Origin: a virus
Taxonomy: Duplodnaviria > Caudoviricetes
DNA: 64,000 nt
Direction: 5' to 3' (one strand)
Virus record (IMG/VR): IMGVR_UViG_3300033412_000476
Location: 23,268 to 87,267 of that record
In this document: one piece after another, positions 37,403 to 47,448 of the stretch
Position numbering within the stretch: position 1 is the stretch's first letter
How the letters are laid out: every line of letters begins with the position of its first letter
The notes under the pieces: model-generated
Databases searched by the model: none
The model's input: the letters and a program-made list of their open reading frames with translations, nothing else
What the model was told of the DNA's origin: nothing
Translations under genes and position numbers: made by a program

Positions 37403-39331
37403 CTACCGTAGCGGATTGCTCGACCGAATAAAACCCTGCTTGAAGAGCGTGAACAGACTCGGTCGCGGGTTCTTGCCGTACTTGTTCTCGAGATAGCCCT
37501 TCCATGCGTTGCTCGCTTGGATGAGCGACCAGCTACCGCTGGCGAGCTGACTGCAGATCTGCGTGTGCATCTGCTTGTCCGCGGCCGTCACGACGTAGCG
37601 ATACGGTGAGTTGGTGACGAACTTCTGCCAGTCTTCCTCGCACGGCAGCGAGCCGTGCTGCGTGACGGCCGGTGTTGGGGGCGGCAGATCAGGAACATCC
37701 GCGGCACACGCTGGCCGCGGTTGACCCTCACAGATCTCACAGGCATTGCCGGCGCGCGTCCACCAGACCGCGCAAGCCGCACGCGCCGTGCGGACAACAC
37801 TCGTAACCGTCGCCGTGAAAAGGCCAGGGAGGAGATCTCGATAGCGCGTGATGGCGACGCCGAGACGATAATAAAGGTCAGCCGTTGCCCCGTCGGCGAG
37901 CAGCCGGTAGCCGGCGCCGGTGAAAGTTCGGCTGAAGGGGTCACGTACGACGAAGAACGGTTCGTAGCCTCCACCGACCGCGCCTCCGATGAGCGAAACG
38001 AGTTTGTCCGCAATCCGCTGCATCGAGTTTTGGAATGGAGCGAGCGGTGAGCTCGCCACGGCCTGCTGCACTTTGGCGCCGAACTCGACGCTCTTCAGAC
38101 ACTGCGCGTCACTCGGATCGCACGTGAGCGCCGGATTGGCGAGCGCGATACGTGTGCGGGCGGTGACGTTGGTCAATAGGCCCTTGAAGTAGTCCGCGTA
38201 GTCCGTGCGCGTAACCGGCTGGCGTGCGATCGCGCCGTCGCTTCGCTTGGCGAAGCTGCCGTCTGCAGCAAGGCGCGGCGAGCTCTGCGCCAGCCACATG
38301 TTCAGATGCGTCTGCAGAACCACGTCGTAGCTCGCACCAAGAATCGTCCGCACGTGGTCTGCAACCGCATCGAGGCCGAACGCGAGGTTCGGATACGCCT
38401 GAGTGCCGTAGAAGGTGATCTTCGGCGCCGTCGCTTCGCCACGCGCGTGCGCTAGGTACGTCGAGAGCGAAACGACGCTGTTGGCCTTACCCATGCCGAG
38501 TGGCCAGTAGCTCGGGTCGCTGCCGCTGTAGCCCCAGTCTTGCACTGACCACAGCCGCCACTGCATGCACGCACGCAGCAGCGCCGGATCGCTAGCGTAG
38601 CGCTTGAGATCGGCGCGGTCCTTGTCGCCGTGGCTGGCAATCCAGTGCGCGGCCCACGTCGACGACCACGGCTGCATTGCCGCAAGCAAGAGCGGCCAGA
38701 TGGGGCTCGGATGCTGATACAGTGGCGAACGCGCGCCAGGCGCCGCAGCCCACTGCACCACGAGCTCAGAGAATGGCGAGGGGCAGAGGCGTGAGTTGAC
38801 TGCAGCATCGCGAATCGCGGTCGTGGCTGCGGTCTTTGCGAAATCTGCTTTCGCGACCGCCCACGCGGCGACCTCACTTGCGGCCGCTCCGATCGACTTG
38901 GGCCCGGTGCCGAAGATCACCGGCAGAAGCGCAAGCTCGGGCACGCCTGCGATGCCGCCCGAGTAGATGTCACTCCACGGAAATGGGAAGGCAAAGAGCG
39001 CGTAGTTGACGTGTGCCCAGCAGTCGAGCGCCCAGACGACCTTGAACTCCGACGATGACGTCGAGCTCGGGCGCATCGCGAGCGCGGCACGCAGGTAGTT
39101 TTGCACCCACGTGAAGTAGTCACGCGGGAAGACGAGCTGCGCACTCTGCGCATTCGGATCACCGCCAAACTCGAGCCACGCGGCAGGACAGCGGTAAGTG
39201 TAGATCGCGTCGCCGCTCATGTTGCCGGCGTTGCACTGCCGCACGGCATAGCTCGGTCCGCTCACGACAGGCTGCGAAGCTCGCAGCGCCTCGAGCTTGT
39301 TGAAATACGTCAGTGTGTCGGCTTGCGCCAC
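37403..39331 (-). CDS. large virion protein (642 aa), function unknown
   Basis: In virion operon; C-terminal domain paralogous to a domain in 36707..37393. Confidence 0.65.
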   Translation of the reverse strand: MAQADTLTYFNKLEALRASQPVVSGPSYAVRQCNAGNMSGDAIYTYRCPAAWLEFGGDPNAQSAQLVFPRDYFTWVQNYLRAALAMRPSSTSSSEFKVVWALDCWAHVNYALFAFPFPWSDIYSGGIAGVPELALLPVIFGTGPKSIGAAASEVAAWAVAKADFAKTAATTAIRDAAVNSRLCPSPFSELVVQWAAAPGARSPLYQHPSPIWPLLLAAMQPWSSTWAAHWIASHGDKDRADLKRYASDPALLRACMQWRLWSVQDWGYSGSDPSYWPLGMGKANSVVSLSTYLAHARGEATAPKITFYGTQAYPNLAFGLDAVADHVRTILGASYDVVLQTHLNMWLAQSSPRLAADGSFAKRSDGAIARQPVTRTDYADYFKGLLTNVTARTRIALANPALTCDPSDAQCLKSVEFGAKVQQAVASSPLAPFQNSMQRIADKLVSLIGGAVGGGYEPFFVVRDPFSRTFTGAGYRLLADGATADLYYRLGVAITRYRDLLPGLFTATVTSVVRTARAACAVWWTRAGNACEICEGQPRPACAADVPDLPPPTPAVTQHGSLPCEEDWQKFVTNSPYRYVVTAADKQMHTQICSQLASGSWSLIQASNAWKGYLENKYGKNPRPSLFTLFKQGFIRSSNPLR

Positions 39332-39340
39332 AGCGGCGCC

Positions 39341-40292
39341 TTACCGGCGACGCGGCTTGGCGTAGCCCTGCACGGCCGCGACGCCGAGCGTGATGAGCGG
39401 CATGAAGATGCCGGCGAGGCCATAGCCGACGGTCGCCAGCGTCTTGCCGCCCGAGCGCTTGTAGCCGTGGTAGCCGCCGACGAAGGCGCCGAGGATGTGC
39501 GCGGTCGTCATCGCGATCGAGCTCTGCACGCTCGGAACCGCGAGCGGCATGCCGAACGTTTCTTGGCTCCACTGGTTGGCGCGAGACATACGCGCCGCGA
39601 CCTGATCGACCGGCCCGCCGTTGTCGACCGAACCGTTGCTGCCGTTGACCGCCGCCGTCGTCATGATCTGCGCAGGCGGCTGAGGCACCGAGTTGTTCGG
39701 CAAGGGGTCGAACGCCGGCACCGAGGGGTCCTGCAGCGCAGCGATCGTCGTGGAATCTGCCATGGGGTCGTCCTTCTCCTCAGCGCCGACCGCGCGGCCG
39801 CGCGTAACCTTGTGCGATCGAAACGATGGGCGTGACCACCGGGAAGATCGCGCCCATGAAGCCCCAGCCGACGCCGGCCATCACCGATCGGTCTCGCCGG
39901 TAGCCGTGGTAGGCCGAGATGCCGGCACTCACGAGCGAGAGCGCAGCCGTCGCGATGACTGCGCCAAGCTGCACCGTCGGGCTCGACTTCTGCCAAGGAA
40001 ACGTCGGCAGACCGGGCAGGTTCATCGCGACCGGATCGCCGGAGCTCTGCGTGACGTCGACCATCGGATCGCTCGCCGAGGTCGCGAGTACCTGATCACC
40101 GACAGCGCCGAGGCCGTGAAGCAGCCGAGCGGTGCCGAACAAGCCGCCGAGCGTCGTCTGTCGAAGCAGGTTTTGCGGCTGCTGCGGTGTGACGCGGCGA
40201 GGCTGCCCCATCCAGTTGGTGCGCACCATGGGCTCGAACGCCGCGCCCAGGCGACCCAGCGTCATAATCTCGGTTGGCGCCATGTACGGCAT
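39341..40292 (-). CDS. paralogous membrane protein pair (39341..39763, 39780..~40292)
   Basis: Shared YHGY(K/R)R...G..FP...QGYA(K/R)P(R) C-terminal domain. Confidence 0.7.
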
Positions 40293-40296
40293 CGAT

Positions 40297-40989
40297 TCAA
40301 CCCTTCGAGTACCAAGGCCGCGGTTTGCTGCCGATGCGCGCGAAGATCGACTGCTTGACTGCAGCAACCTCGTTGTGCGCAGCGCTCGCGCGAATCGCGG
40401 CATTCTGCGCGGCGATCTCGCGGCTCGCTTTGTCCTGCGCCACGAAGTTCGCGAGGTCGGTCGCCGTGAGATACTCGTCGGGCGGCAGATAGCCCTTGGT
40501 CAGCGGCCTGCGGTGAATGTTGGGATTGACCGTCTGCACGGTCAGAGCCGTTGCGCCGTTGCTCGTGCCAAACGAGGCCGGCGACATCTGCACCGGCGGA
40601 ACACCAGCAGCCGCAACGAGCACGCCCGAGTGCTGCTCACCGTAGTCACGCGCCGAGACGTAGCCCTGCGCGTTCTGCGTGAACTGGATCGCAGCAGAAC
40701 CACTCTTCCAGCGCGTGAACATCATCCGCTGCGGCATGCCGATCGGCAGCGGGTTACCCTGCTGGTCGTACACCTGCTGCGGCGCGTCCGGATACACCGG
40801 GTACAGCTGCGAGCGCAGAGCATCGAGCGGCGCGTCTGCGATCTCCGGCGGAGTCGCCGACGGCGTCGACCCCAACCCGGAGTGATAGAAGCGCGGCACA
40901 GCGGGATTCTTCCACAACGGCGTGACGACTTGCAACCGGGCTCCGCCCGGGTATAGGGTGTATTCGCCAACACGGACCCACGAACACAC
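40297..40989 (-). CDS. hypothetical, probable first gene of virion operon (start uncertain)
   Basis: Co-oriented ORF leading the module. Confidence 0.5.
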   Translation of the reverse strand: MCSWVRVGEYTLYPGGARLQVVTPLWKNPAVPRFYHSGLGSTPSATPPEIADAPLDALRSQLYPVYPDAPQQVYDQQGNPLPIGMPQRMMFTRWKSGSAAIQFTQNAQGYVSARDYGEQHSGVLVAAAGVPPVQMSPASFGTSNGATALTVQTVNPNIHRRPLTKGYLPPDEYLTATDLANFVAQDKASREIAAQNAAIRASAAHNEVAAVKQSIFARIGSKPRPWYSKG

Positions 40990-41056
40990 GTGGACTCAGT
41001 GGCCGGGGCGGGCAGCCGAGCGATCGGCCCCGCCTTTGGTTTGTAAGGAGCGCCCG

Positions 41057-41694
41057 ATGACCGGCCGGCAGCCTAAGCGCGTGGCAGCTCTTCGATTCAC
41101 CTCTCGGCCGATCGAGCGCGAGAGGCTCGATCCACACCCGTCAGCGCCCCCTGCGACGCTCAAGCAGTGGAAAGAGCTCGGGCTGATGAGCATGACCGCG
41201 CTGCGTGAGATGGGCCTGCGGGCCTTCGACGAGCCCGACGTCAACGGGATGGTCCTCATGCTGTTCCCGGGGGAGTGGTTCGACTCCATCCCCGAGGGCT
41301 TCATCGTCGAGAACATCCTCGACGAAGCGCATACGTTTCGCCGCGCGACCTTTCCACGTGACCTGTGCGTCGGGTGCCTGAGCTACGGCGTCCGCGTACG
41401 AGCGCGATGATGGGGCCGCAAACAGATTTCAAGCAGTTCGTCTATGCCGCGGTAGTTGGCTACTTCATTGCGGGCGCCATCACGTGGTTCTTTCGTGCCG
41501 TCTTCCGCAACACGCTGCACTGGCTGCACCAGCGCAAGCTCGCCAAAGAACGCCACCACGTGATCTGCACCGCGGACGGTTGCAGCTGGCGAGCGGAGAT
41601 CAACGGGCTCGATCGCTACACCAAGAACTACTTCTCGTTACCACACTGTCCGCACCATCCGGACGCAGACAACGATTTCATCAAGTTGGGGTGA
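41057..41694 (+). CDS. two hypothetical genes (41057..41410; 41407..41694 with TM and Cys motifs)
   Basis: AAGGAG RBS; coupled stop/start. Confidence 0.55.
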
Positions 41695-41695
41695 C

Positions 41696-42190
41696 ATGCG
41701 CATTTGGTTGGACACAGAGTTTTACGAAGACGGCCACCTGATTCAGCTCATCAGTCTGGGCGCGATCCGCGAAGACGGCGCCATGTTCTACGAAGAGACA
41801 CCCGAAGCTGCCCAGCTGGCGCGAGCGACGCCGTGGCTAGAGCAGAACGTGCTCCCCCATCTCAAGTTCACGCCGGGCGCGACCAAGACGCGACAGATGA
41901 TCGCGCGCGAGTTCGACGAGTTCGCGGGTGCGCAGCCACAGTTCTGGGCCTATTACGCGAGCTACGACTGGGTCAGCGTCTGCCAGCTCTTTGGCCGCAT
42001 GCTCGACTTGCCGGCGCGCTGGCCCAAGTACTGCCGCGACTTCAAGCAGCACATCGCTACGATCGCGCCCGACTACGTCTTGCCACCGCAGCAGACGACG
42101 GCGCACAACGCGCTCAACGACGCGATCTGGCTGAGCGCGTGTCACCTCGCGTTCGATCAGAAGTTCGCGTTGACCGTCACGCCGAAGTAG
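41696..42190 (+). CDS. DEDDh 3'-5' exonuclease (RNase AS/Rv2179c-like)
   Basis: IWLDTEF, FWAYYASYDWV and HNALNDA motifs. Confidence 0.85.
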   Translation: MRIWLDTEFYEDGHLIQLISLGAIREDGAMFYEETPEAAQLARATPWLEQNVLPHLKFTPGATKTRQMIAREFDEFAGAQPQFWAYYASYDWVSVCQLFGRMLDLPARWPKYCRDFKQHIATIAPDYVLPPQQTTAHNALNDAIWLSACHLAFDQKFALTVTPK

Positions 42191-42437
42191 CGCGCTTGGG
42201 TTTACGGACGCGCCGCAAGTGCGCGGCAGCGAGCTCGCGTTGCAAGCAGCCGCAGGACTTCGTGTTGCCCGAGAGCAGATTGGGCCGGAGCACAATCTTG
42301 TGCTCGCCACAGTCGCACACGCACTCGAGCAGCTGCGCGCGATTCTCAGCCCGCTCGGGATAGACGCCGGTCACGAGCAGGCGACCGAACTTTCGACCTA
42401 CGAGCGACCCGTTAGTCCTTGTCGGCCTCGAGCGCAT
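42177..42437 (-). CDS. stand-alone N-terminal Cys domain of phage HNH/AP2 endonucleases
   Basis: GRKFGRLLV...ECVCDCG...NLLSGNTKSCGC; no nuclease domain follows. Confidence 0.7.
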   Translation of the reverse strand: MRSRPTRTNGSLVGRKFGRLLVTGVYPERAENRAQLLECVCDCGEHKIVLRPNLLSGNTKSCGCLQRELAAAHLRRVRKPKRATSA

Positions 42438-43085
42438 CCGCGAACCCTAGCTCACGCTCAAGGTAGGCATCGCGCTTCTCCGGACGAGGATCAACCAGAA
42501 ACGCGACGTGCGAGATCGCCTTGGCCTGCGCCCGCCACCAGGGCGCCCACGTATGGTCGACTACGCGGCCACGGAGCTTGACCGTGCGGTAGACCTCGAG
42601 CTGCAGGTCGCGCGGCACCTTGGCCCAGCACGGGCCGCACATCAGGTGCGCCGGTGGACAGGCCCGCTTGCAGCCGAGCGCGTGGCAGGTGTGCGCCATT
42701 GTCGCTACTTGTTCAGCCGGACGAGCTTTGCTGCACGGCGATCGTGCTCGCGCTTGTACGCGGCGAAAAACTTCTCGGTGAGGTGGCCGCGCGCGTCCAC
42801 GTCCGCGTTCCAGCCGGCGATGAAGCCCAGCCGTAGCAACTGCATCCAGTCCGGCCGGAAGAACGGATTCTGCGCCCACACTTCGATGACGGGATCCGTG
42901 ATGGACTGCGCGATCTCGCGGCGGCTCACGCTCACCCAGACGTCGGGCGAATGAACGTGGTGCCAGCGAATGACCATCGCGGCGGCGAACTCGAGCTCGG
43001 CGCGCCCCAGGGTGTTGATCAGGTCTTGGGCGAACGGGTCGTAGTCGAGGTGAATGTCCGCCGGTTTGATCCCGAAGTCGTTCAT
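42412..43085 (-). CDS. two hypothetical genes (42412..42699 Cys/His-rich; 42705..43085)
   Basis: HTCHALGC..LMCGPCW motif. Confidence 0.55.
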
Positions 43086-43687
43086 TGCGTATTCTCACAG
43101 ACGTGAAGCAGCCCGGTGACATTCAGTACAACGTCCGCGACGAAGTCTACGACCCGCGGATCGTCCTTCATGTTCCACCGTTTGACATCGACCTTCGAGC
43201 AGAGCCCGCTATGCTGCTTGCGCCGCTGAGGCAAGCGCAGCGCACCTGCGGTCCGGCGAGCCGAAAACTGATTTCGTTGCTGCTCGACACCGTTCCGCGA
43301 GATGAGCTGTCGCACCTTCGGATCACGGTCCGAGCTGAGACGTTGCAGCCGGGGCAGTTCCCCCGCGAGACGCCGGCCAGCTGGCACACCGACTACGGCC
43401 GTAGCACGACGGTCTTGTCGCGGCTGAAGAGCGTCCACACCTACGCGATCAGCACCGCGGAACCGCGCACGCTGTTTTTCCGACAGTCGGAGATATGGCT
43501 GCCGTCTGCGAAGGCGAACAACTTCAATCTCCGCATGGTAGAAGCCGCGCATCCGACGTTCTCTGCGGAACCGTGGAGCATCGTACGCTTCAACGCGACC
43601 GAGCTCCACACGGCAGTCACTTGGACCGGACCCGGCGCGACTTCCCGGCTTTTCGTGCGCGCGACGTACGACCCTTTTCGCGGGTAG
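43085..43687 (+). CDS. phage-type 2OG-Fe(II) oxygenase
   Basis: LQPGQFP..PASWHTD (HxD), ELHTA (distal H), RLFVR (2OG-binding R). Confidence 0.7.
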   Translation: MRILTDVKQPGDIQYNVRDEVYDPRIVLHVPPFDIDLRAEPAMLLAPLRQAQRTCGPASRKLISLLLDTVPRDELSHLRITVRAETLQPGQFPRETPASWHTDYGRSTTVLSRLKSVHTYAISTAEPRTLFFRQSEIWLPSAKANNFNLRMVEAAHPTFSAEPWSIVRFNATELHTAVTWTGPGATSRLFVRATYDPFRG

Positions 43688-44246
43688 GCTTTCGCTTCCG
43701 GGTCGCCTTCGGCACAGGCAGCTCTTCGACGACGGTGTCGTTCTCCCAGTCTTCGCTGACGAGCTTGACTGAATCCTTCGGCTGGTCGGCGAACCCATCG
43801 AGCGACTGAAGGTCGCGGACGCCGTTGCGGATGAAGTTGTACGCGACGTGATCCACAACCTCGTGCTCGTCGTCGAGCGTGTAGAACATCTTGCGGAAGT
43901 CGGTGCTCAGCCCCGCAGCGATAACCGCGTCGTCGATATCGATGACACCTTCGACCAAGTACGTAACCTTGAACCGGCGCTTCGCCATGCAGCCTCCAAG
44001 CTATCGGTGCACGAGCAGCAGGACGATGACGGCGAGCACGGCATTCAGCAGGAAGCCCGTAGCGAAGCCGCGGAAGAACGCCCGTCGTACGCCACGCGTT
44101 TGCTGCAGCTTACGAGTGCTGTTGCACTGCGCTACGTCCAGGCACGCGTACAAGCCGCGTGACGCGTCGTACACGAAGCTGCGGTCGTTAGCCCGCGAGT
44201 AGACCTTGAGCGCAGACTTCCGACCGCAGAGCGCGCACGTGATCAC
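43617..44246 (-). CDS. two hypothetical genes (43617..43988, 44001..44246)
   Basis: Co-oriented with ParB; second has CxxC pairs and a TM. Confidence 0.5.
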
Positions 44247-45175
44247 CCACCCTCGATCGAGGCGACGATGGCCGTCAGCCCGCCGATCTTGGATGTGGGA
44301 ATGTCGCCGTTGGCCCAGCGGATGCCGAGCAGGAAGCCGTCGGGAAGATTCGCCGCGTCTTCGTGCTCGACGATCTTGCGACGCAGCCGCTTACCCGGCA
44401 CTGGGTAGGCGTTGGTCTCTACCTTGGCCGCCTTGCCGCCGGCCTTCTTGCGCTTGGCCTTGCGAGCGACGCGAGCTGCAACGGCGGAGGTGGCGCCCTC
44501 TTTCTTGAGGGTCTCGAGCGCGCTCAGCTGATCTTCCTTGGACAGTCCGGCGAGCTTGACCGCGGAAGTGACGTTGATCTCACCCTTGACGATCGCCTGC
44601 TGCACGACCTTGCACGTGTTGAGCAGCGCGAGTCGGTTTTTGACGGTCTGCGACGTGGTGCCGAAGGTCGTTGCAGCTTCTTCGAGCGTGACGCCGAACT
44701 GCTCGATCAGGCGCTTGACCGAAGCGGCCTTCTCGAGCAGCGAGTGGTCCTTGCGGTTGGCGTTCTCGCTGGCGACCGCACGTGCGAGCGCCTTGGCGTC
44801 GCCATCGTGCAGAATGGCCGTGACCACCATGGGTTCGCTCGGGCCCTGGCTGCCGTCGCTGGGGCGGTCCTTGCGCCACATGTTGACGAGGCGAATGCCC
44901 TTGACGCGGCGTCGACCTGCAACGACGTCCGCCTCACCCTCACCGGCGCGAGCGAAGAGCACGGGCTCGAGCTGGCCGTTCTCGTCGAGCTCGCGTGCGA
45001 AGGCTTCGCTGACGGGCTCTGAAGCCGTCGGATCCCAGAGCGGATGCTCTTCGCCGTCATCGGTGTCGAGCCCGATGATTCGTAGGTCGCTCGGGTCGAA
45101 CTTGAACGTGGTTGCGCCACGCGGCGCGTCTACCGCTTGCTTCGTCACGTTTTTCTCCTTGGCCTCTGTATCCAC
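44243..45175 (-). CDS. ParB/Srx-family protein with HTH
   Basis: GQLEPV...VVAGRRRVKG (CTP-binding GxxR motif), SENANRKD, following HTH. Confidence 0.85.
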   Translation of the reverse strand: MDTEAKEKNVTKQAVDAPRGATTFKFDPSDLRIIGLDTDDGEEHPLWDPTASEPVSEAFARELDENGQLEPVLFARAGEGEADVVAGRRRVKGIRLVNMWRKDRPSDGSQGPSEPMVVTAILHDGDAKALARAVASENANRKDHSLLEKAASVKRLIEQFGVTLEEAATTFGTTSQTVKNRLALLNTCKVVQQAIVKGEINVTSAVKLAGLSKEDQLSALETLKKEGATSAVAARVARKAKRKKAGGKAAKVETNAYPVPGKRLRRKIVEHEDAANLPDGFLLGIRWANGDIPTSKIGGLTAIVASIEGG

Positions 45176-45226
45176 GCAGAGACGTGAACCAGTCGAAGTT
45201 GCTTCTAGGCGAAATCAGTTTTCGCG

Positions 45227-46157
45227 TCAATCGAAGAAGAAGTCTTCCACGATCGATCGGCAGAGGTTGCGCCACCGCGCACGCTCCGCTGCTGTCGGCG
45301 GTGGCGCGGGAGGCACCTTCAACTTGCGGCAAGTACAACCCGTCACGGTACACGCTTCACGGATGCGGCCTTCTGGGTTGTCCGGCGAAGCGAGCGATTT
45401 GCCGAAGATCGTGGTTGGGCCGGTAGGCGCGTGATCGCCGCCGCTGTGGCTGCAGGTCACGCAGTAGAGCGGTTCTCCTTCGTTGTGCTCAGTCATACAG
45501 CTCTTCATGCAAAATCGTGCGGAGCACGACGAGCCCTTCGGTGTGCGGCATCTCAACACCGCGCATGTGCTTGTAGCTGTCGCCGCGCTTGATCAGCGTA
45601 AGATGGTGATCGACGCTCATGCCCGCGCGCAACACGAGCTCTTTGGGCACCAAATCGAAGTGCGCGAGCCGCTCGAGGAACCAGAATAGCCAGTCGACGC
45701 GTGGGCAGTGCGCGATGAGCGCCTCGATCGTGCGGATCGGCGGATGACTGAAGGTCCGCAGCCAGAACGTGAAGTCGCTGTTGAGCGGGATCCCGTCCTG
45801 ATGCAGACGGAGCACCACATCGAAGGGATTCACCTTGAGGATCCGATGCGGCATTCGGTCGCACTATAGCGGAAGGTTCGCCTTGCGGACCACCGCGAAG
45901 TCCTTGCCGACCTCGATCGGCGAAGGCACGCCGCGAAACAGCCCGCGAAAGATCCGCAACATCTCGCTCTCGGTGAGATCGAGCTCGGCGCAGATGGTCG
46001 CCGCCTTGGTGACGACGTCCTTGGGGAGCAGGTGCCAGGCGACGTTCGCGCCCGCTGCGATCATCGCGGCGATAGCGGGATGCTCTCGCTCGATGGCATG
46101 CGACAGCGCGACGCGCAGCGCCGTCAGTGCATCGACGTTCGGTACCCTCGCAGCCAT
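45227..46157 (-). CDS. three hypothetical genes (45227..45496, 45489..45854, 45864..46157)
   Basis: Co-oriented ORFs. Confidence 0.5.
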
Positions 46158-46196
46158 GGTGTCGCCGTCCGCAGACGTCGTAGCGCCGAAGCTATT

Positions 46197-46787
46197 CTAG
46201 ACGCGGTAGAGCCGACGGGGCTGCTTGGAGTAGGCCAAGGCCGCCCCGACACCGAGCAAGGTCAGCGTAAGCGCCACGCCGATGTAAAGGCCCACGTTGC
46301 CGCCCCTAGTCGAGCCGTCAGGGTTCAGGCCCGAGCGGACCATGTAGTCCTCCACGTCGACGTGCCGAGCCTCCAGACCCGAGCGTACGAGCGGATCGGC
46401 GGCGATGACGGCGCTCATCAGATCGGTGAAGCGCTTGAGCCAGACGTCGTTGAGCTCAGTCTCGAAATCAGCTTTCGCGCCCCACAGGCCGAAGGGATCC
46501 GCAGCTCGACGAAAGATCGCGTCGTCGTAGCGTTGCTTGAAGTCGACCCAGCCAGCCATGGCGTTGTCGAGCTTGCGGCCGAGGTCACTGGTCGGGTTGA
46601 TCCGGCTGCCGCCCGCACGCCACAAGTTCTGCCAGTAGTTGTTGAGCGTCTCTACGCGCTGGTCGAGCTCGTAGTTGCTCCAAATGCCTTTGGTGAACAG
46701 ATCCGGATCATACCAGGCGTACGCGCCTTCGACGCCTGCGCCAGCTGTGAGCGCGATGACCGCGGGAGCGACGACGGGGAGCGGCAT
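46197..46787 (-). CDS. membrane protein with N- and C-terminal hydrophobic segments (virion-like)
   Basis: MPLPVVAPAVIAL...; C-terminal TM plus KQPRR. Confidence 0.6.
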   Translation of the reverse strand: MPLPVVAPAVIALTAGAGVEGAYAWYDPDLFTKGIWSNYELDQRVETLNNYWQNLWRAGGSRINPTSDLGRKLDNAMAGWVDFKQRYDDAIFRRAADPFGLWGAKADFETELNDVWLKRFTDLMSAVIAADPLVRSGLEARHVDVEDYMVRSGLNPDGSTRGGNVGLYIGVALTLTLLGVGAALAYSKQPRRLYRV

Positions 46788-46794
46788 GGCGAAA

Positions 46795-46824
46795 AGTATC
46801 CTTTGCGCAAACGTGTTTGGTCAA
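46795..46824 (-). promoter_or_regulatory. sigma70-like promoter TTGACC-N18-GATACT, leaderless
   Basis: -10 ends 7 nt before ATG 46787; 25/30 identical to 47180-47209. Confidence 0.6.
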
Positions 46825-46830
46825 AGACAG

Positions 46831-47172
46831 CTACAGACCCGCAGCCAGCAGCTTGTCGTAGTATTTCGGATCTTCGGTGAGGTGATCCTTGGCGATCTCT
46901 TCGGCGATCGCCGGATCGGTTGTGTGCTCGAGCTCGACCGCGATGCCGCGCTTGAGCTGTTCGGAGTCGAAGGCGGTCGAGCCTGTAATGTCCGCGCGAC
47001 CACCAGGCAGTACGTTACCCGTCACCGCAGCGAAGCCGAGCGCTGCAAAGGCTGCGCTGCTCACAGCGAGCACGATGTTGGTCGTCAGCGGCTGCTTACG
47101 ATTGATGGCTAGCGCTACGATTGCGCTACCGGCGAGGAAGACCATCCCGCGCATCGAAACCATGCGGCCCAC
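46831..47172 (-). CDS. DUF5661-like protein with N-terminal TM segments
   Basis: QLKRGIAVELEHT...IAKDHLTEDPKYYDKL. Confidence 0.75.
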   Translation of the reverse strand: MGRMVSMRGMVFLAGSAIVALAINRKQPLTTNIVLAVSSAAFAALGFAAVTGNVLPGGRADITGSTAFDSEQLKRGIAVELEHTTDPAIAEEIAKDHLTEDPKYYDKLLAAGL

Positions 47173-47179
47173 CGGCGCG

Positions 47180-47209
47180 AGTATCCTTTAGACGAACGCG
47201 TTTGGTCAA
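47180..47209 (-). promoter_or_regulatory. sigma70-like promoter TTGACC-N18-GATACT, leaderless
   Basis: -10 ends 7 nt before GTG 47172. Confidence 0.6.
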
Positions 47210-47448
47210 GCCGCCCCCTTTTCACCTGCGCCGCCGATGTACTACGTCAGTGCGTCCGCGCCGACGCCGCTTACGATGCTCTCGCAAGCACTGCTTGCAC
47301 GTCGCAGAGCGAGCAGCCTTCCAGCTAACGACCTGCATCGTGTACGTGATGAAGCGCCCGCAGTGCGTACGCTCCGAGCGCTGACGCCGAACTTGCACTC
47401 CGTCCCACACGGAGCAGTCGATCGGACGAATGTGCTTCACGCGGCCCA

